Source: Malacoraja senta (lineage: Eukaryota). From it: a DNA stretch of 64,000 nt. The stretch covers positions 3,970,001 through 4,034,000 of the forward strand of contig CM075990.1 of NCBI GenBank assembly GCA_038087875.1, written 5' to 3'. Position 1 is the first letter of the stretch. Each line of letters opens with the position of its first letter. The notes under the pieces are model-generated. The model ran no database searches. It saw only the letters and a program-made list of their open reading frames with translations, and had not been told where the DNA came from. Positions 13,015 through 27,317 of the stretch are shown here, piece after piece. Both the position numbers and the translations under genes were made by a program.

Positions 13015-13671
13015 CCGCACCAAGCCCGGTTCACGACCTGCTGCAATTCGCACCGATGAACTCACCAAGGGCTCCTGCTCGGAATTCCATGTCAAATTGT
13101 CTGCTCTCGGTAGCTACTCGAGCTAGACCCAGATCCTCAGCTACAGATTTGACCAACACCATCCACGCGTTACAAGAGAGAGAAGTCTTTACCACCTCAA
13201 CATTGACCTGTCAGTGAGGAGCTGTATCTCCTTCCCTGGGGACTTCCATTCTGATGCCCAACACTTGATTTACTTCTTGGCATGGAGCGTAAATACTTTT
13301 CATTTAAAGGAATTACAACTTCTAATTGTTGTGGAGGTGGTCGGTCGTCAGCTGAATCCTACGATCCACTTGATACTTTTACAAACCCCCTTTTCCTCCT
13401 GAGTCACAAAGACCACAGCAAAATGGGTCACAAACGTACAAAATATAGGGCTTTGATACATCTTGTACATCAGCTGAGGCACTAATGTGAAGGAGTAGTT
13501 CAACCAAGGTTCATATTGTGAGATCGAGCATTGTAATCCCTTTTATCTTTCGTTTCCCTTACCCCAAACCAGTCTGAAGAAGTGTCTTGACTCAAAACGT
13601 CACCCATTCCTTCTCTCCAGAGATGCTGCCTGTCCCGCTGAGTTACTCCAGCTTTTTGTGTCTATCTTTGG

Positions 13672-13982
13672 TTTAGTTTAGTTTTGAGAAACAGCGCGGA
13701 AACAGGCCCTTCAGCCCACCGGGTCCGTGCCGACCAGCGATCTCCGCACATTAACACTATCCTACACCCACTAGGAACAATTTTTACATTTACCAAGCCA
13801 ATTAACCTACAAACCTGTACGTCCTTGGAGTGCGGGAGGAAACTGAAGATCTTGGAGAAAACCCGCGCAGGTCACGGGGAGAACGTACAAACTCCGTACA
13901 AACAGCACCCGTAGTCGGGATCGAACCCGGGTCTCCGTCGATGCATTCGCTGTAAGGCAGCAACTCTACCGCTGCCCCACCA
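13672..13982 (-). mobile_element. tRNA-derived V/HE1-type SINE (representative of more than 25 copies or fragments)
   Basis: Same consensus recurs near 1600, 3384, 5480, 19435, 20550, 23090, 24725, 27800, 30520, 31050, 32890, 38830, 42390, 44005, 48710, 54965, 56150, 57110, 63680. Confidence 0.85.
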
Positions 13983-14486
13983 TAATCAGCATCTGCAGTT
14001 CCTTTCCACATATTGAAGTCCACATTGAAATCTAAGTCCAAGTGGTTCAAAGCTGTGTTATGCCCCAAGAACTCCGAGAAATTCTACTTAACAAAATTAT
14101 AAAATTCAACCTGAAGCTTAGAAATCATCAGCTCAAAATTCATACCTGCATTTCTTCACTTTACTTTTACAAAGAAATAGCATTATAATTGTTGGTTATT
14201 TCTCAGTGGCAGCCTCGTGAATTAGGTCATTGAATTGAATTGAATCGAATACTTTATAGCCACAGTGAAATTCTTTGCTTGCAAACCCAACGTATGCAAA
14301 TAGTGGCCCATAAAGGGCGCTTACATAAAGGTCCCCGTCCCCTCATCCCCCCATCTCTCCCCCCACCCCCCAACCCCGGTGATATAACACGCAGAACATA
14401 GCACAGCACAGGAACAGGCCCTTCGGCCCACAATGCCTATGCCGCACATGATGCCAAGTTAAACTGATCTCATCTGCCTGCACATG

Positions 14487-14875
14487 ACCCAGCGATATGA
14501 ACATTGACTTCTCTAACTTCAAGTAACCCTTGCATCCCCTCTCTCTCGCCGTCCCTCCCGCACCCTAGTCGTCGTACTAGTTTCACTGTCGTCCTGCTGC
14601 GTTTCACTGTTTGTATCACTTGTTATCACCTTCTCCACAAGCAACAATGGACCATTGTGGGCTCCACCTTTCCTTGATCGTCGTCGCTGGCTTTGATTTG
14701 TCCTTTTGCATACCTTTCATTGATTTTTTCTATGTACCTTCTCGTATCTCTCGTTTCTCTCTCCCCTGACTCTCAGTCTGAAGAAGGGTCTTGACCCAAA
14801 ACGTCACCTATTCCTTTTCTCCAGAGATGCTGTCTGACCCGCTGAGTTACTCCAGCTTTTTGTGTCTATCTTCCA
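14487..14875 (+). mobile_element. Penelope-like 3' fragment
   Basis: Starts at the PSxMNIDFSNFK* ORF end and carries the same downstream repeat as 35669-36240. Confidence 0.7.
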
Positions 14876-16280
14876 TATCCCTCTATTCCCTGCACTTCCA
14901 CACGCCTATCTAAAACCTCTTAAATACCACTATCGTATCTGCCTCCACCACCTCCCCCGGCAACACGCTCCAGGTCCTCACCACCACTCTGTGTAGCTCC
15001 ACCTTCAAATCCCTCTGGTGACTTAATTATAAAATTCTCATTGTCACTGTGCAAAGGCCACAAGGTCTGAGGAGAGTGTTGTCCTGTTGTAGGTGCTGCC
15101 CTTCCAGTAAGATAGAGTCATAGAGTCTTACAGCGTGGAAACAGGCCCTTCAGCCCAACTTGCCCACACCAGCCAACATGTTCCAGCTACACTAGTCCCA
15201 CCTGCCTTGCGTTTGGCCCACATCCCTCCAAACCTGTCCTATCCATGTACCTGTCTAACTGTTTCTTAAACATTGCGATAGTCCCTACCTTAACTACCTC
15301 CTCCGGCAGCTTGTTCCATACACCCACCACCCTTTGTGCGAAAACCTTACCCCTCAGGTTCCTATTAAATCTTTTCCCCCACACCTTAAACCTATGTCCT
15401 CTGGTTCTTGATTCCCCTACGCTGGGCAAGAGACTCTGGGTGTCTACCCGATCTATTCCTCTCCCAATTTTGTACAAGATGTGGTACTAAAGTCTTGTTC
15501 ACTCTCTCAAGTCAAATCCAACAACTCTGTGGTGCAGTGGTTGTTGGCCAGTATATATTCCTCGATTACGATATGCGAATAGTTCACCTGAGTCCGTTTA
15601 CTGTGCACAAACTGTGGTATCAATGGTAGCCACACCTCAAAAGTATTTGTGTAGGAAGGAACTGCAGATGCTGGTTTGAACAGAAGATAGACAGGAAATG
15701 CTGGAGTAACTCAGCGGGACAGACAGCATCTCTGGAGAAAAGGCATAGGTGACATTTCGGGTCGAAGAAGTCTGAAGTTCTTCAGTCTGAAGAAGGGTCT
15801 CACCTCAAAAGTATTTATTCAGCTCTAAACCACTTTGGAACCTAAGGATGTTATGGGTGCTATATTAATGCAGGCTCTTTCATCATGGACCTACCCAAAA
15901 CAAAATCAAATAATTTCTATAATTCCCTAGGTAGACATTTTCCCTATAATTCCCTAATTCCTTTTGTTTTATTATCTTTCCTTGACATTCCTTTTCTTTA
16001 GTTGATATTAATTTATATTCAGGCCATAACAAATCAATCTTACAGCAGCTTACAATGCCGTGATATGAAAATAGATTTGTCTAACTTCAAGTAACTTCAA
16101 GCCGCCTCCCCTCAGCCAACAATGAACCATTTAACATTTCCTTATCACCATCCACCATCACCTTACCCTTCCTATAGCTCTAGTCTCCTTCTCCCTTGAC
16201 TCAGTCTGAAGAAGGGTCTCGACCTGAAACGGCATTGGATCAACGTGGATGGGGTGACAACGTCCACAATATAAAGGCAG

Positions 16281-16347
16281 CACCTGAACAGGGACCCTGG
16301 ACCCTCAGATTAAAAGTCTGATGCTCTACCGACTGAGCTATCCAGGC
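16281..16347 (-). pseudogene. tRNA-Lys(TTT) pseudogene with 6-nt T-loop/B-box deletion
   Basis: Matches 21245-21317 except loss of 6 nt (GGGACTTGAACCCTGG to GGGACCCTGG on +) and one acceptor-stem substitution; flanks are shared. Confidence 0.9.
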
Positions 16348-16599
16348 TCTGAGGCTCAGGTTTGGGTTTAGGTTTATCATTGTCACATGTACCAAGGTAC
16401 AGTGAACAGCTGAACAGTCCACATCCAAACACATCAGGCATACCATACACAAAAATGCTGGAGAAACACAGCGGGTGCAGCAGCATCTATGGAGCGAAGG
16501 AAATAGGCAACGTTTCGGGCCGAAACCCTTCTTCAGACTATACAATTGAGTCAAACTCAAGTACATGATGATGATGATAATATTGTTACATGGACCCAC

Positions 16600-16990
16600 T
16601 TGCTGGAGGTTGAGGGGGGACCTCATTGAAACTTACAGAATAATGAAAGGCATAGATAGAGTGGATGTGGAAAGGATGTTTCCACTGGTGGGAGAGTCCA
16701 GGACCAGAGGTCACAGCCTCGGAATTAAAGGGCGTTATTGTAGAAAGGAGGTGAGGAGGAACTTCTTTAGTCAGAGGGTAGTTAATCTGTGGAACTCATT
16801 GCCACAGAGGGCTGTGAAGGCCAAGTTAGTGGATATTTTTAAGGCGGAGACAGACAAATTCTTGAATCGAATGGGTGTCAAGGGTTATGGGGAGAAGGCA
16901 GGAAAATGGGATTAGGAGGCAGCGATCAACTATGATTGAATGGTGGAGTAGACTCGATGGGCCGAATGGCCTAATTCTACTATAACTTGC
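16600..16990 (+). mobile_element. CR1 LINE 3' fragment (one of many similar short fragments)
   Basis: RLRGDLIETYRIMKG...RTRGHSL...FFSQRVVNLWNSLP. Confidence 0.85.
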
Positions 16991-18809
16991 AAACTTGTGA
17001 ACCTAGGTAGAGTGACATTCTTTAGTCTAGTTTTCGATGCACTCTCCCATCACACAGCTTCCGTGCTGTACTAGATCTGAAGTAACACTGCGGGATTCCA
17101 ACACTTACATCAAACTCCTCTTTTCACAGTTTACTTGAGATAATCATTGCCCGGTTTCACTAAAATAGCCAGTGCAAAAAGTTTGGGCAAACGGACAAGC
17201 TAGCAGAATAAGTGAGCTTCACACCTCAATACAGATAAACTCCTGAAAGAAACAGTCCATTGTAGCTGGATGTCAATTTGGGATCAATGCACAAAGGTTT
17301 TTTAAGGCAGAGGTTGATGGTTTCTTGATTAGTACGGGTGTCGGGGGTTATGGGGCGAAGGCAGGAGAATGGGGTTGAGAGGGAGAGATGATTGAATGGT
17401 AGAGTAGACTAGATGGGCCAAATGGCCTAATTCTGCTCTGATCGCTTATGAACTTAATTTGAGTCACAAGAAAACAAGGCCAGCAAATCGTATCTAAATG
17501 ATACTGGGGCATTTGAGTTGAATGGCGATATCTTGGTAAGTTGGAGGTAGATTGAGGTGTGGAGATTCAGTCTTCACCCTGCGATGCTCTGATGGACAAT
17601 TACATTTTGTGTTTCCCCTTCTGTGACTCGACACCTGGAGAAGTCACCAAGGTGTACTTTGGCTCTGAAGGTCGGGTGGTAGCACAGGGCAGTGCCATAA
17701 AATAATCAGTGTCTAGGTCCACAAACGAGACTCTGTAATGGTCCACAGTCTTTAGACCTTAGACAGAGCGTGGAAACAGGCCCTTCGGCCCATCGAGCGA
17801 TCCACGCACACTAACACGACCCTACACACACTGGGGACAATTTTCAATTTTACCCAAGCCTATTAACCTACAAACCTGCATGTCTTTGGAGTGTGGGAGG
17901 AAACCAGAGCTCCCAGCGAAAACCCACGCGGTCACGGGGAGAACGTGCAAACTTCGTACAGACAGCACCGTAGTCAGGATCTCAGCAACTCTACCGTTGT
18001 GCTGCCCTCAGGATGGTCATAGTGTCATAAAGCATGGAAACAGGCCCTTTGGCCCCACTTACCCAAAGATGCTCCATCTACAGTTGTCCTACTGGCTGGT
18101 TTCGCCCAAGGGACTGGTACCATCCTGCCTGCAGGTGGAGCCAGAGGCATCGGTGGAACCACGTGGCTGATCACTGATGGTCAGATAAGGGGAGGCAGCT
18201 TCAATAAATGAAGAACCTCTGTGCAAACCCTTTGGGTATCTGAATGGTACAATGCCCATCAGTGCTTCATCATTGTTCCCACATTTATCGTACAAATTTA
18301 AATGTCATAAGTTCATAAGCTAAAGGAGCAGAATTAGGCCATTCGGTCCATCAAGTCTAGTCTGGCATTCAATCACGGCTAGATAGACACAAAATGCTGG
18401 AGTAACTCAGCGGGACAGGCAGCGTCTCTGGAGGGAAGGCATGGGTGATGTTTCGGGTCGAGACTCTTCTTCAGACTGAGAGTCGGGGAAGAGGGAGACT
18501 AGAGATATAGAAGGGAGAGGTGTGAAAATGACAGATCAAAGCGGATGCTGTTAAAGGAAATGTAGAATGTTTCATCGTTAGCTGAGGGGAAGGTGACAAC
18601 GAGGCATACAATCAGTAATATTTAATCAGGAGGACAGTCGAATTAGTCAGAGAACTAGGACGGGGCAGGGTCGATGACAGAGGGAAAGCTAGAGTTACTT
18701 GAAGTTAGAGAAATCAATAGTCATGCCACTGGGTTGTTGATAAATCATGGCTGATCTGCCTTTCCCTCTTAACTCCATTCTCCTGCCTTCCCTCCATAAC
18801 CCCACACAA

Positions 18810-19300
18810 TGTAAACTGATCATCTTGGACCATCTCCTTTACGGACGTGTACCCCCGGCCCAACGGCTGAAGTCCAGGAGAAGCTTTCTCAGCCATGTCC
18901 AGCCCCTAATAGCATCATGGGAAGAAACCAGACTCCAACTATGGACAAAAAGGCTTGAGGACGACCCCCCTCCTACTGACATGGGTATCCCTCCTTCTGA
19001 AGCCCTCCCTCCGGGCTCAGAAGCACCATGGGTCCAGTGGAAGACGCTCAACCGCCTGAGAACAGGAACAGGGCGATCAAAAGATGCCATGCCCAGATGG
19101 GGCTATGAAACTGGCCAAACCACCTGTGAATGTGGAGAAGAGGACCACACAATGCAGCACTGCCTTGTCTGCCCCCCTACTACCCAACCACTGCAGCTCA
19201 AAGGATCTTGCAGTGTTCAATAAAAACGCAAAGGACTGTGTAAAGGAATGGGAAACTGTCATATAGCCAACCAGCTTCAAAGACACGAAAAGAAGAAGAT
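18810..19300 (+). mobile_element. RTE-type LINE 3' fragment
   Basis: RLKSRRSF...WKTLNRLRTGTGRS...RWGY...CECGEE...TMQHCLVCP zinc-knuckle C-terminus and (AAG)n tail. Confidence 0.8.
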
Positions 19301-21244
19301 CTCCAGAATAAGTGACCACTCTTTCACCGCAAAGAGTTAAAGGGTTCATCTCTACATCTTGTACAACTGCACCATGTAGTGGCGTTTCCAACTGAGCGCT
19401 GCATCGTTCCTTTATAATAATGAAAACAGAAAGGCAACAGTGGCGCAGCGGTAGTTGCTGCCTCACAGCGCCAGAGACCCGGGTTCACTCACGACTACGG
19501 CCACTGACAGGACTGTTTGCACGTTCTCCCTGTGACCGCGTGGGTTTCCTCCGGGTGCTCCGGTTTCCTCCCACATCCCATAGACATGCTGGTTTGTACG
19601 TTAAATGGTTTCTGTAAATTGCCCGTAGTGTGTAGGTCAGTGTTGGTGTACGGGATGAGCGCTGGTCGGCTCGGACTCCGTGGGCCTGTGTCCGCGCTGT
19701 TGCTCTAAACTATGTGCCAACACTTGCATTTTGCCCATATAGTAAGTAAGTAAGTTTATTGGCCAAGTATTCACATACAAGGAATTTGCCTTGGTGCTCC
19801 GCCCACAAGTAACAATATAACATACAGTGACAGTTACGAATGACTCAGAATATCCCTCTAAACCTATCCTATCCTTGTACGTGTCCATATATCTTTTAAA
19901 TGTTGTTATAGTACCTGCCTGAACTACCTCCTCTGGCAGCTCAGCCCATTCATCCACCACCCTCTGTAGTGAAGAAACTATTCCTCAGGTTGCTATTAAA
20001 TCTTCCCCCTCACCTTAAACCTTCATCCTCTGGTCCTTGCTAGGTATAAGACTGTTCATTCACCCTATCTATTCCCCTCATGATCTTATACACCTCCATA
20101 AGATCACCCCTCACGCTCCTGCACTCCAAGGAATAGAGTCCTAGCCTGCTCAACCTCTCCCTATAGCTGAGGCCCTCAAGTCCTGGTAACATCCTCGTAA
20201 ATCTTCTCTGCACTGAGTTAAAGTGTTGTTCCATCAATGAATGTACGCAACAAAGCCTGGCAGTGGGGGATAGGCCAGCTAGGAGGGGAAGACCATCAGG
20301 TCCATGGAATAGTGCTCCCCTCACCAGGGTCAAAATACCTGGAGCAATCTTCTCACTGCCTATCTCCGTTACCAAAGCCCTACCTTCCCCCACCTCCTCC
20401 ACCTGCCCCTCCCTCTCCTCCACCCAGCGACTCCTCAACCACTAACCCTACCCCATATCTCAACGCCCTGTTAGGTTTTAGTTTTAGAGATTCAGCTGAA
20501 AACGGGCCCTTCGGCCCATCGAGTCCGTACCGACCAGCGATCAACAGTACACAGTGGTGCAACGGTAGAGTTGCTGCCTTGCAGCGCTTACAGCGCCAGA
20601 GACCAGGGTTCGCTTCTGGCTACGGGCGCTTGTCTGTACGGAGTTTGTACGTTCTCCCTGTTACCTGCGTGTGTTTTCTCAAGAGAATTTTGGTTTTCTC
20701 ACACACACCAAAGATGTACAGGTTTGTAGGTTAAATGGCTTGGTAAAAATGTAAAAATTGTCCCTAGTGTGTGCAGGATAGTGTTAAGGTGCGGGTATTG
20801 CTGGTTGGTGCGGACTCGGTGGGCCGAAGGGCCTGTTTCCGCGCTGTATCTCAAAACTAAAACTAAACTACACTAGTTCTATCCTACACACTCGAGACAA
20901 TTTAAAGAAGACAATTAACGTACAAACCTGTACGTCTTTGGAGTGTGGAAGGAGAGGAAGCAGGAGCACTCGGAGGAAACCCACGCGGTTACAGGGAGAA
21001 CGTGCAAACTCCGTACATACAGCACCCGTAGTCAGGATCGAACCTGGGTCTCCGGCCCAATAAAGCAGGACCACCACTTAGGACACCACTGTGCTGCCTA
21101 AGTAGAACATGCAGCACAGAGGGCACCGGAGGTCAGGATTGAACCGGGGTCACTGGCGCTGTGAGGCAGAGCTGCACCACCCTAAAATGTTGCATTGCAT
21201 TGGATGTGGTGAGGTGGGAGACAACGTCCACAATATAAAGGATG

Positions 21245-21317
21245 CGCCTGAACAGGGACTTGAACCCTGGACCCTCAGATTAAAAGTCTGATGCTCTACC
21301 GACTGAGCTATCCAGGC
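21245..21317 (-). tRNA. tRNA-Lys (anticodon TTT)
   Basis: Reverse complement is GCCTGGATAGCTCAGTCGGTAGAGCATCAGACTTTTAATCTGAGGGTCCAGGGTTCAAGTCCCTGTTCAGGCG, 73 nt, canonical vertebrate tRNA-Lys(UUU) with intact A and B boxes. Confidence 0.96.
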
Positions 21318-24300
21318 TCTGAGGTTTAGGTTTGGGTTTAGGTTTATCATTGTCACATGTACCGAGGTACAGTGAACAGCTGATCAGTACACATCAGTTA
21401 TACCATATATAAATACAATGGAGTCAAACTCAAGTTTGACTCCTCAAGTTGTGCTTCTGATTTTCTTTTTTTTGTGTTTTTGGAAGGAATTCTGTCCCTG
21501 ATTTATGTATTGGTCTTTATAACCTATTTTTTTTAAATTCTGATTATATGTTTTCTATAAATCTCTGTATGGTGTCCTTGAGACCTCGGTATAAGGCGCC
21601 CGTAAATAAAATCCATTATTATTATTATTATTATTACATGCTGATGATACTTTATTGTCACATGTCCCTGTGTACCTACGAGGTACAATGAAATTCTTTC
21701 TTTTGCATTCAATCCAGTAAAATCATACCACAGATAAGCACAATCGTAGATAAGTACTAAAGTGCTTCACCGAGACAGTACACAAAGAGTCGCCATGTTT
21801 CTGGCGCCCACAGATTTTCAAAGTTCTTAAGAGTGCAGCCTTATCTTGGCCTTGAAGGCCCGTTGCCATGGCGACACCGATCCTCTCCTCCATCCGCCGC
21901 CATCTTGAAATCGGCCCTTTGTCCATCGTCCACCGCCGTCGCCGACTCCCTCCACCCTCCTCCCCGGTTCCCGGTTCCTGGCCTTCGGGGTCGAGCACGA
22001 GATGCGCCGCAGATGATTAGGAAAAGGGTTGGCGGTTCCGCGCAGAGCGAGCTAGGCCTGGTGTTGGGATGGGGCCGCGGCTCACCGGGACATTCAATAG
22101 GGAGAGCAAAGGCAAAGGTGCAGAGTGCAGCATATAGTTCTCAGCACTGTCGAGTATCAGTTCCTGAGACAAAGTCCAACGTCCACAATGGGGTAGAGGT
22201 GAATCGTACAGTACTCTAGGTTGTGGAAGCACTGTTCAGAAGCCTGATAACAGAGGAGAGGTCCTTCTGCCCGACGGGAGTAGGTATTGTGTCTATCTTT
22301 GAGTTACTCCAACATTTTGCGTCTATCTTCGAATTAAACCAGCATCTGCAGTTCCTTCCTGCACACTCTGCCCAACAGAAGTTATAGGAAAGGCAAATAA
22401 ATAAAAGACGGCTGTGGAGGTCATGTCATTGTGTATTTTTGAGGCGGAGATTAACAGATACTTGATTGTAAGGGTGTCATGGGTTATGGGGAGAAGGCAA
22501 GAGAATGGTTGTGTTGATCTATCTTTTCCTCTCAACATTCTCCTGCCTTCCCCCCTTAGCCCCTGACACCGTACTAATCAAGTATCTGTTAATCTCCGCC
22601 TTAAAAATATCCATTGACTTGGCCTCCACAGCCATCTGTGGTAATGAATTCCATAATCAATTAGAAATTGTTTATTTGTGTCAGCTAACAATTAGCTGCA
22701 ATATAAACCCACTGCCTCTGGGAGGAGGCAGCTTCCCTTAAAAACAGTGCGTACGAAGGAACTGCGGATGCTGGTTTACACTGAAGATACGTAGACACAA
22801 AAAGCTGGAGTAACTCAGCGGGTCAGGCAGTATCTCTGGAGAGAAGGAATGGGTGACGTTTCGGTTTGTGACCCTTCTTCAGACTAAAACAAGGCAGATG
22901 AGCATGAAGTGCTGAGTGAGTTCACAGTCATAGAGACATACAGCATGACAACAGGCCCTTCGGCCCAACTCGTCCATGCTGACCCAGATGGCATCTTAGC
23001 TAGTCCTAATTGCCTGTATTTGGCCCGTATTGCTCTAAACCTTTCCTATCCATGTATCTGTCCGAATTACTTTCTAGAGAGAGAGCGAGATACAGCACGG
23101 AAACAGGCCCTTGGGCCCACGAGTCTGCCCCCGACCAGCGATCCCCGCACACTAGCACTAACCTACACACTAGGGCCAATTTACAAATTTTACCGAAGCC
23201 ATCTACAAACCCTCACGTCTTTGGAGTGTGGGAGCAAACTGGAGCACCCGGAGAAAACCCACGTGGTCACCAAGCAACCGCAGTCAGGATCGAACCCGGG
23301 TCACTGGTGTTGTGAGGCAGCAACTCTACTGCTGCGCCACCATGCCGCCCTAGATGGTGTTTAAATGCCGCTATAATACATACCCCAACAACTTTTCCTG
23401 GCCGTTCATTCGAAACACCCACCAGCCCTCTGAGTGAAAAAGTTGCCCCTCAGGTTCCTATGAAATCTTTCCCTCGCATCTTAACCCTACTGTTGTCCTC
23501 TGGTTCTTGATTCCCCTACTCTGCGTAAAGGACACTGCATTCACCTCTATTCCCCTCATTAAAGGGACAACGGTTCTGTCTGGAGACAGATGGTGGAATC
23601 TGCAGCAAAAAAAAAAAACTGCTGGAGAAACGCAGAGGGTCGGGCAGCATCTGTGGAAGGCAAAGTAATAGCCAGTGTTTCGAGTCAAGGTCAGGGTTGA
23701 GAGTACTGAGGGAAAAGAGCCAGTGCAGAGAGGTGAGACAGAGGGTGGTGAGTGATAGTTGGAAGCAGGCGTGGGGAGGGGTATGATAGAGCCGGGTAGG
23801 GGAGGGGGAGGCTGGAGGGAGGGACAGAGATCGGGAGGTGATGAGTGGAGGCAACAAAAGACTGTAGATTCTGCAACCTGCTAAATATGGAAGGTGAACC
23901 AGATAAGGGAGGGATGGCGGGCAGATGGAACCAGAGGGGAAGGAAATGAGAGGAGGATTGAAGTTAGTGGCAAAGTTGATGAAATTAATAGGTTCCGTAT
24001 GAGTGTGGAGGAGGCCCTTCAGCCCTCAATGTCTGTGCTGTACATGATGCCAAAACCATCTCTTATCCACCTGTGCATTGTCCATACCCCTCCATTCCCT
24101 GCAGATCCATGCGCCTATGCAAAAGCCTCTCAAATGCCACTATCATATCTGCCTCCACCACCACCCCTGGCAGCGGGTTCCAGGCACCCACTGTGTAAAA
24201 ACGTTGCCCCGCACATCTCCTTTAAACTTTGCTCCCTTCACCCAGTTTGGTGTTGAGCAGATTATTGGAAAATAAAGAGCTGGATCAGCAGCAGGTAGTA

Positions 24301-27300
24301 ATGATTAACCGGCATGTGAATGACCACGAGATTGTTTGTGAAGAGTGTTTGTCCCAACCCTGGCATCTTGAGCCACACTGGGGACAGTCATCCCATCAAA
24401 ATACACCCAACAATACCCTTTGCCTCCTGCCACTGAGGAGATTGTGGAGTCTAGTAGCTAATCTCCTTGGATCTCTTGTGTTCTTTTGTTGACCGTGTGG
24501 GAGTTTATCAAAGCCTTGTCAACATTCGTGTGGACTCTCATTAACAACACTGCCCCAATCAACCTTCCTTATTACCTCCTCCAAACCTTCAGTTAAGCTC
24601 CTCTTAACAAATCCGTCTCACAGAGTCCTACAGTGGGGAAACAGGCCCTTCACCCCAACTTGCCCACACCGACCAACATGTCCCATCTACACTAGTCCCA
24701 CCTGCCTGTTCTCTTAACAAAGGGCAGCACCTTTCTATAGTGGTAGAGTTGCTGCCTTACAGCGTCAGAGACCTGGGTTCGATCCCGACTACGGGTGCTG
24801 TCTGTATGGAGTTTGTACATATTCCCTGACCACGTGGGCTTGCTCCAGAATCTTCAGTTTCCTTCCACACCCCAGAGACGTACAGGTTTGTACGTTAATT
24901 GGCTTGGTATAATTGTAAATTGTCCCCAGTGTGTGTAGAATGGCGTCAGAGACCTGGGTTCGATCCTGACTACGGGTGCTGTCTGTACGGAGTTTGTACC
25001 TTCTCCCCGTGACCCCACGTGGGTTTCCTCCCACACTCCAAAGACGTACAGGTTCGTAAATTAATTGGCTTGGTATAAATGTAAATGTAAATTGTCGCCA
25101 GTGTGTGTAGGATTGCCGGTCGATGTGGACTCGATGGGCCGAAGGGCCTGTTTCCACGCTGTATCTCTAAACTAAACTAAAAAATCCAACTAAACTAAAA
25201 AGCCTCATTAACCTGTGTCTCCGTAAAAGGTTTGTACTGTCCCTTAGAATGGATTCTAACAATTGACCTCATAGAGGCATAGAGTCATACAGCATGGAAG
25301 CAGGCCCTTCGGCCCAACTCACCCATGCCCTCAAAGATCTAAGCTAGTCCCATCAAAGCTACTCCCATTTGACTGCATTTTGTCCATATCGCTCCAAACC
25401 TTTCCTAGCCATGTACCTGTCCAGGCATCTGTTAAATGTGATTGCAGCTGCCTCAACTACTACCTCCGGCACCTCATTCCATACACCCACCAGACTCTGA
25501 ATGAAAACAATGCCCCTCAGCTTCCCATTAAATCTTTCCCCATCTCACCTTAGACCTAATGTATGTCCTCAGGCTCTTGATTCCTCTATCCTGGATAAAA
25601 GACTTGTGCATTCACACTTTTCAATTCCCCTCGCGATTTTGGACACCTGTATAAGATCATCCCTCAGCTTTCTGCATAAGACACTTGTTTAGGTGCATGG
25701 AAGGGAAAGGTTTGGAGGGATAGGGGCAAGGTGCGGGCAAGTGGTACTGGGTTGGCTTGGCAAATTGGTCAGCATGGATGGGTTGGGCCGAAGGGCCTAT
25801 TTCCATCCTGTTGGAAAGGGTGCAGAGAAGATTTACGAGGATGCTGCCAGGACTCGAGGGTGTGAGCTACAGGGTGAGGTTGAGCAGGCTGGGACTCTAT
25901 TCCTTCACTTTGAGCGCAGGAGGATGAGGGGTGATCTTATAGAGCTGTACAAAATCACGAGGAATAGACCAGGTAAATGCACAGTCCCTGGCCCAGAGTA
26001 GGGGAATCGAGAACCAGAGGACATAGGTTCAAGGTGAAGGGGAAAAGATTTAATAGCAATCTAATGGGTGAGTTTTTCACACAAAGGGTGGTGGCTGTAT
26101 GGGACAAGCTGCCTGAGGAGGTAGTTGAGGCAGGGACTATCGCAACGTTTAAGAAACAGTTAGACAATATCACGCTGTATGACACTATGACTTTAGTTCT
26201 ATGATTCTCTGATACACCAGGTCTCCGGATCGCAGTTTGACGGCAGTTAAGTAAATGAACTGTTGTCGGGTGATGAATTTTGCCCTTTGCATCTTTCTGT
26301 GATAAGACCACACAGCAGGCCTGTGGCCCAGTTAGTCCACGCCGTTGATCTGACCTTTAACCTCACAATCTGCGGTTACAGGCTGAAACATTTTGTGTTT
26401 CCTGAAGTGGCTTTTCTTGTGATTTTGCCAAAGGGCAAGAACTGAAATCCACCTGCGTTATCTGTTTTGGAAACAGGACATTGTTGCATTTCATTTTTTG
26501 GCAGTTTAATCGTTCTGCGAATGGAGAGCACAAAGTTTCAAAGATTTTTAAGTTTTACAAAGATGGGGCATCTTGGGCGAGTTGGGCCGAAGGGCCTGTT
26601 TGCATGATGTGTGCCTCCATGACGATGAGGTAACTTATTAGAATCAATTCTATGGGACAGAACAAATCTTTTACAGAGACACAGGTTGATGAGGGAAGTT
26701 GTTAAGGGAGCTCATGTTTTCCTTAACTGAAGGTTATGAGGCGGTAATAAGGAAGGTTTAGTTTAGCTTGGTTTAGAGATACAACGCGAAAACAGGTCGT
26801 TCTGCCCGTCGATTCCACGCCGACCAGTGCTCCCTACGTAGCTACACTATTCTACACACACTAGGGACAATTTACAATTATACCAAGCCAATTAACGTAC
26901 AAACATTTACGTCTCTGAGTAGTGTGGAAGGAAACTGAAGATCCTAAATCAAGCCCACTAGGTCAGGGAATGGTTCTATAAGATGTCGTCCCATCAAAAT
27001 ACACCCAACAATACCCTTTGCCTCCTGCCACTGAGGAGATTGTGGAGTCTAATCTCCTTGGATTTCTTGTGAAAGCTGCAGCTCTTTGTTGCCTCCACTC
27101 ATCACCTCCCGATCTCTGTCCCTCCCTCCAGACTACCCCTCCCCTACCCGGCCTATCATTCCCCTCCCCACGCCTACTTCCACCTATCACTCACCACCCT
27201 CTGTCTCACCTCTCTGGACCGGTTCTCTTCCCTCTGCATTCTCAACCCCGATCTTGACTCAAAACACTGGCTATTACTTTGCCTCCACAGATGCTGCCTG

Positions 27301-27317
27301 GCCCTTTGATTTTTAAG

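Noticed and set aside
13015..14300. METTL16 hairpin nonamer (TACAGAGAA) expected for MAT2A
   Set aside because: Not found by eye downstream of the stop; consistent with the MAT1A call.
17109..17243. Minus-strand segment with good acceptor (tttctttcag) and donor (gtaagt)
   Set aside because: Stops in all three frames and no partner exons; at most a non-coding exon, unsupported.
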